DNA of 64,000 nucleotides, from contig CAVQRT010000002.1 of the NCBI GenBank assembly GCA_963715195.1, positions 1 to 64,000 of the forward strand, in the 5' to 3' direction. Under the pieces are notes generated by a model. It was not told where the DNA came from, did not search any database, and saw only the letters and a list, made by a program, of their open reading frames with translations. Below are positions 60,433-64,000 of this stretch, in pieces. The position numbers were made by a program, and so were the translations under genes. The stretch is from Thermodesulfovibrionales bacterium. GTDB lineage: Bacteria > Nitrospirota > Thermodesulfovibrionia > Thermodesulfovibrionales > SM23-35. Numbering within the stretch: position 1 is the stretch's first letter; each line of letters opens with the position of its first letter.

Positions 60433-62317
60433 GTGTACAATCCGTATCTTAAAAACCAAAAAACAAGGCACAATTTTTCGGAAGTTGCATTCTGATTCCT
60501 GGTTTCTCTAATCACCAAATGTCACCCTGAGAATCTCTTCGACAGATGTAAGCCCTTTTTTTATCTTGGCAAGACCGCTCATCCGGAGGGTTTGCATCCC
60601 CAATCTGATGGCCGTCTTTTTCAGTTCGTCGGCTGAGGCACCCTCGAGAATCATCTCCTTGAGTTCATCATGCAGAGGCATAACCTCATACAGTGCCACC
60701 CTTCCTTTATACCCCGAGTTATTGCACTCAGGGCACCCTCGCCCCCTGTAACACATTATGGACTGAGCCTCCTGCTCAGAAAAGCCTATTTCAATCAGGC
60801 CGGGGATGGAGACTGTATCTTCCTCCTTGCAGGAAGGGCACAGTACCCGGACAAGTCGCTGTGTCGCTACGAGAATCAGGGATGCTGCAACGAGAAAGGG
60901 CTCAATTCCCATGTTCAGAAGCCTGCTGATGGTGCTTGGAGCATCATTGGTATGAAGGGTGCTTAAAACCAGATGCCCTGTCAGAGCGGACTTCACCGCA
61001 ATTTCAGCAGTCTCAAAATCACGAATCTCACCGACCATGATGATGTCGGGGTCTTGCCGCAGAAAGGATCTGAGGGCTGAAGCGAACGTGAGCCCGATAT
61101 CTTCTTTCACATGCACCTGATTTATTCCATGGAAGTTATATTCAACAGGATCTTCGGCAGTTGATATATTCACTCCGATTTTGTTCAGGTAATTCAGGCC
61201 CGAATAGAGCGTTGTAGTCTTGCCGCTCCCTGTCGGTCCTGTAACAAGAATCATGCCGTATGGTTTGTCCAGGGCGCTCATGAAATTTTGGAGCGTCGTT
61301 TCTTCGAATCCCAGCTTGGTCAGGTCAACCTGAAGATTTGACTTATCCAGAAGCCTGAGAACCGTTCTCTCGCCAAAAAGACATGGGACAGTCGAAACCC
61401 GGAAATCAATTTCCCGCTTCTTGCCGAGTTTCAATTTGATTCTCCCATCCTGCGGGAGCCTCCTTTCGGCGATGTCGAGACTTGCCATGATCTTGACCCT
61501 TGAAGTTACAGCGTTTTTTATTTTTACCGGGAGATTCATGACGGTATACATCACACCGTCGACTCTCTGTCTCACCCTGAGTGCATTTTCATACGGCTCT
61601 ATGTGAACATCGCTTGCCCGTTCTTTTATCGAATTGATGAGAATACCATTCACGAGCTTCACGATGGGACGTTCCACCTCCTGGACAGTTTCGTCTTCTT
61701 TCTCATCAACAACCTCAACATCGCTTAAGGCCTCGCCGACAACTTTATCAAATTCATCAACGTCGACCATCATCCCCTCGTCTGCCGGGCTCAGTGCTCC
61801 TTCCCCGACAACTTCATCCTCGGAGAGGGTATAATCCTTTGCCTGCAGGACGCCGGATGTTGCCGTCTTCGTCGCTACCAGGGCTTCACCCCCGTTGCGG
61901 TAATGCGCCGATATGGCACCGAGTATCGAACTCTCACCCGATACAACAACCTCAACATTATACCCGGTCATAAACTTCACATCGTCTATCACGAATACAT
62001 TCGAGGGATCTGCCATCGCTATCGTTAAGGTTGCCCCAACCCTCGCAACCGGTATGATGAAGTATTTCCGCGCTACATCGATCGGAATGAGCTTCAATAC
62101 CGATGGGTCAATCTTGTAATCAGTCAGGTTGATCGCCGGTACTCCCCACTGCCTGCTTAAAAACCCCACCAGCTTCTCCTCGCTGATATATCCCAACTTG
62201 ACCAGATTTGCGCCCAGCCTCCCCCCCTCCTTCCGTTGAAGACTCACCGCCTCCTTCAACTGGTCATCGGTGATCAGCTGCGCTGTGATCAGTAATTGCC
62301 CTAACTTCACCGCCATG
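59962..62317. repeat. 472-bp near-identical direct repeat (59962-60433 and 61846-62317)
   Basis: By-eye alignment at offset 1884 shows only two mismatches (60335 and 60340). Confidence 0.9.
60508..62316 (-). CDS. pilB: Type IV pilus assembly ATPase PilB (upstream copy)
   Basis: Same architecture as the downstream copy; RQDPD, zinc site. Confidence 0.95.
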   Translation of the reverse strand: MAVKLGQLLITAQLITDDQLKEAVSLQRKEGGRLGANLVKLGYISEEKLVGFLSRQWGVPAINLTDYKIDPSVLKLIPIDVARKYFIIPVARVGATLTIAMADPSNVFVIDDVKFMTGYNVEVVVSGESSILGAISAHYRNGGEALVATKTATSGVLQAKDYTLSEDEVVGEGALSPADEGMMVDVDEFDKVVGEALSDVEVVDEKEDETVQEVERPIVKLVNGILINSIKERASDVHIEPYENALRVRQRVDGVMYTVMNLPVKIKNAVTSRVKIMASLDIAERRLPQDGRIKLKLGKKREIDFRVSTVPCLFGERTVLRLLDKSNLQVDLTKLGFEETTLQNFMSALDKPYGMILVTGPTGSGKTTTLYSGLNYLNKIGVNISTAEDPVEYNFHGINQVHVKEDIGLTFASALRSFLRQDPDIIMVGEIRDFETAEIAVKSALTGHLVLSTLHTNDAPSTISRLLNMGIEPFLVAASLILVATQRLVRVLCPSCKEEDTVSIPGLIEIGFSEQEAQSIMCYRGRGCPECNNSGYKGRVALYEVMPLHDELKEMILEGASADELKKTAIRLGMQTLRMSGLAKIKKGLTSVEEILRVTFGD

Positions 62318-62322
62318 CTTTA

Positions 62323-62351
62323 AAAATATCTAAATATTTTATAAATGTCAA
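62323..62351 (-). promoter_or_regulatory. sigma70-like promoter positioned for a leaderless pilB transcript
   Basis: Minus strand TTGACA-N17-TATTTT, 6 nt before the ATG; no SD. Confidence 0.55.
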
Positions 62352-62534
62352 TTAAATAACTCATTTAACTTTAACCATTACTTCATATTCTTTGAGACGC
62401 AAATTTCACCACATATTCAAATACCCTATGGTATACGAGAATAAAGATACATTGCCGTGACATTCCTCACACAATAGAACAATGGATACGCCTACTTAGA
62501 TGTAATATTATGATTTGTGGCACATTATATTCTA

Positions 62535-62551
62535 AGCAAACTCTGTGCCAG
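62535..62551 (-). promoter_or_regulatory. sigma54 promoter upstream of the pil cluster
   Basis: Minus strand CTGGCACAGAGTTTGCT, an exact TGGCAC-N5-TTGC match. Confidence 0.7.
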
Positions 62552-62620
62552 TGAGATACGACCGAGAATGTCCGCCTGAGAGGATTAACCGGTGGGAAAC
62601 CAATGTCCGCATTTTCAGGG

Positions 62621-63472
62621 TTAATAGAACTCTTTAATCGTATTTTCTATTCTTGATATATCAATATGTTGCCGTATCAGGGGTTTGTCCTTGATAACAG
62701 GTATTCTCTCCTCCAGCACAGGGCGGTGGTTTCTGTAAATGATCCCCAGGGGAATGCGTTCTCCCCACTCCAGAGCCCGCTGAAATGCGCTAATCTTGTC
62801 TTCGGGATCATATCCGGATTCAATATGATAGACGCGCTGGCGGTACCACTCATAGGTATTTATTTTATTGAACGTCACACACGGTTGCAGGATATCGATT
62901 AATGCAAATCCTTTATGGAGTATCGCTTCCTTCATGAGTTCCTTGAGATATTCCTGATCTCCTGCAAATCCCCTCGCTACAAAGCTGCAGTCAAGAGCTA
63001 TCGCAAGAGCTAAAGGATTTAATTGTTCCGAGAAAACGCCCAACGGCTGATTCTTCGTGACCATTCCCTCCATACTCGTCGGTGAGGGCTGGCCTTTCGT
63101 GAGCCCGTATATCTGATTATCATGCACAAACAGCTTCAGATTAATATTTCTTCGTATTGCATGCATCAAGTGGTTACCGCCTTCACCATAACAGTCACCA
63201 TCCCCGGCAACAGCGATGACAAGCATCTCATGATTAGCGAGTTTAATGCCCGTTGCAACAGGAAGGGTCCTTCCATGCAGCCCGTTGAAGGTATTGCATT
63301 TCAAGTAATGGGGGAACTTCGACGCTTGACCGATCCCGGACACAATGGTGAATTGATGCGGCTCCAATTCAAGTTCAGCCATCGCTTCCTTGAAGGCATT
63401 GAGGATACTAAAATTACCGCAACCGGGGCACCACGCAGGGGTCTGCGCGCTATAATCTTCTGATGATGGCAT
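62621..63472 (-). CDS. 2-oxoacid:ferredoxin oxidoreductase beta subunit
   Basis: WCPGCG, LHGR, GDGD, YGLTKGQ.SPT, QPCVTFN. Confidence 0.93.
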   Translation of the reverse strand: MPSSEDYSAQTPAWCPGCGNFSILNAFKEAMAELELEPHQFTIVSGIGQASKFPHYLKCNTFNGLHGRTLPVATGIKLANHEMLVIAVAGDGDCYGEGGNHLMHAIRRNINLKLFVHDNQIYGLTKGQPSPTSMEGMVTKNQPLGVFSEQLNPLALAIALDCSFVARGFAGDQEYLKELMKEAILHKGFALIDILQPCVTFNKINTYEWYRQRVYHIESGYDPEDKISAFQRALEWGERIPLGIIYRNHRPVLEERIPVIKDKPLIRQHIDISRIENTIKEFY

Positions 63473-64000
63473 CGAATTCTCCGAGGAGCTTTTCAACAGT
63501 GAACGGTCTCCCGTCATATCTGTTTATCATATGATTAAATGCATATCCGGTCTCTGCCCTGAGAAGCCGGGCAAACTGTCCGGTAGCATTCTGTTCTACA
63601 GAGATAACGACTTGCGTATTGTTCAGCAGGGGAAGGCAGTCAAATTCACCGGATAAGGGGAACGGATACATTTCACTGAAATGCAGCATTGCAGCTTTCT
63701 TGTCCTTTGAAAGAATTTCGACAGCCTCTCTGACAACTCCGTAGAGAGAACCCCAGCATACGAAAAGAATATCCGGTTCCCTGCTGCCGTAAAGAACAGG
63801 CTGGTTCATTTCATGCCTAATGAGCGGCAGTTTCTTCAGCAATCTTTTCTGAACCATTTTAATCCGCGTTTCTGCGTCCTCGATGATATGGCCTTCCTCA
63901 TCATGTTCATCACTGTCAGTCACAACAAGGTTTTTCGAATCTCCGGGTACCCCGAAAGCAGACACGCCGGTCTCTGAAAAGGCATGCCGTTTATACTGTT
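63450..64000 (-). CDS. 2-oxoacid:ferredoxin oxidoreductase alpha subunit (C-terminal part; runs off window)
   Basis: SDEHDE.G, WGS, VEQNATGQF, YDGRPF; overlaps the beta-subunit start. Confidence 0.9.
   Translation of the reverse strand, partial: QYKRHAFSETGVSAFGVPGDSKNLVVTDSDEHDEEGHIIEDAETRIKMVQKRLLKKLPLIRHEMNQPVLYGSREPDILFVCWGSLYGVVREAVEILSKDKKAAMLHFSEMYPFPLSGEFDCLPLLNNTQVVISVEQNATGQFARLLRAETGYAFNHMINRYDGRPFTVEKLLGEFDAIIRRL

Noticed and set aside
15049..60471. Extended N-termini in the ORF track for cimA, radical SAM, lolA, pfk, ftsK, pilR and pilB
   Set aside because: The extensions overlap neighbouring genes or promoters; family-typical starts lie downstream.
62390..62465. Short minus-strand ORFs in the pilB leader
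   Set aside because: They are 12-15 codons long, with weak RBS spacing and no informative composition.
1..64000. CRISPR array, rRNA, integrase or transposase
   Set aside because: No regularly spaced direct repeats, rRNA-like sequence or recombinase/transposase motifs were seen.

Overview
This is a 64-kb, mostly housekeeping window from an anaerobic, diderm bacterium. Gene content suggests a Nitrospirota/Thermodesulfovibrionia- or deltaproteobacteria-like organism (inference only). From left to right: (1) a decayed accessory patch around tRNA-Val(CAC), with an MntA/HepT toxin-antitoxin remnant, an M16 peptidase pseudogene, a PQQ-repeat lipoprotein, an outer-membrane barrel and several unannotated small ORFs; (2) a 13-heme cytochrome c plus cytochrome b pair; (3) CIRCE-controlled groES-groEL, mltG-ispG, and a sigma54-type Zn-finger/diguanylate cyclase operon; (4) lysC-cimA, an ASKHA corrinoid-activator-like gene, panC, an EF-G paralog, ileS-lspA, a radical SAM gene, lgt, tsaD, lolA, lipoate ligase, ilvE and a PPi-type PFK; (5) a 13-kb acetate/carboxylate uptake and activation locus (two cNMP-CBS-DUF294 nucleotidyltransferases, DEDDh exonuclease, DUF4212, SSS symporter, acs, Pat acetyltransferase, DcaP-like porin); (6) ftsK, uppP, rnj and a thermonuclease; (7) a type IV pilus cluster (pilB, pilB, pilT, pilC, pilS, pilR) and 2-oxoacid:ferredoxin oxidoreductase genes. 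The most notable observations are a self-contained 14-codon gene encoding MCKKCGCGKGGKKK, a small membrane ORF with an in-frame UGA followed by a SECIS-like hairpin, the doubled nucleotidyltransferase/exonuclease module in the acetate locus, tandem pilB genes with a near-identical MshEN region, probable leaderless promoters, and eight +1 frameshifts that look like sequencing errors.
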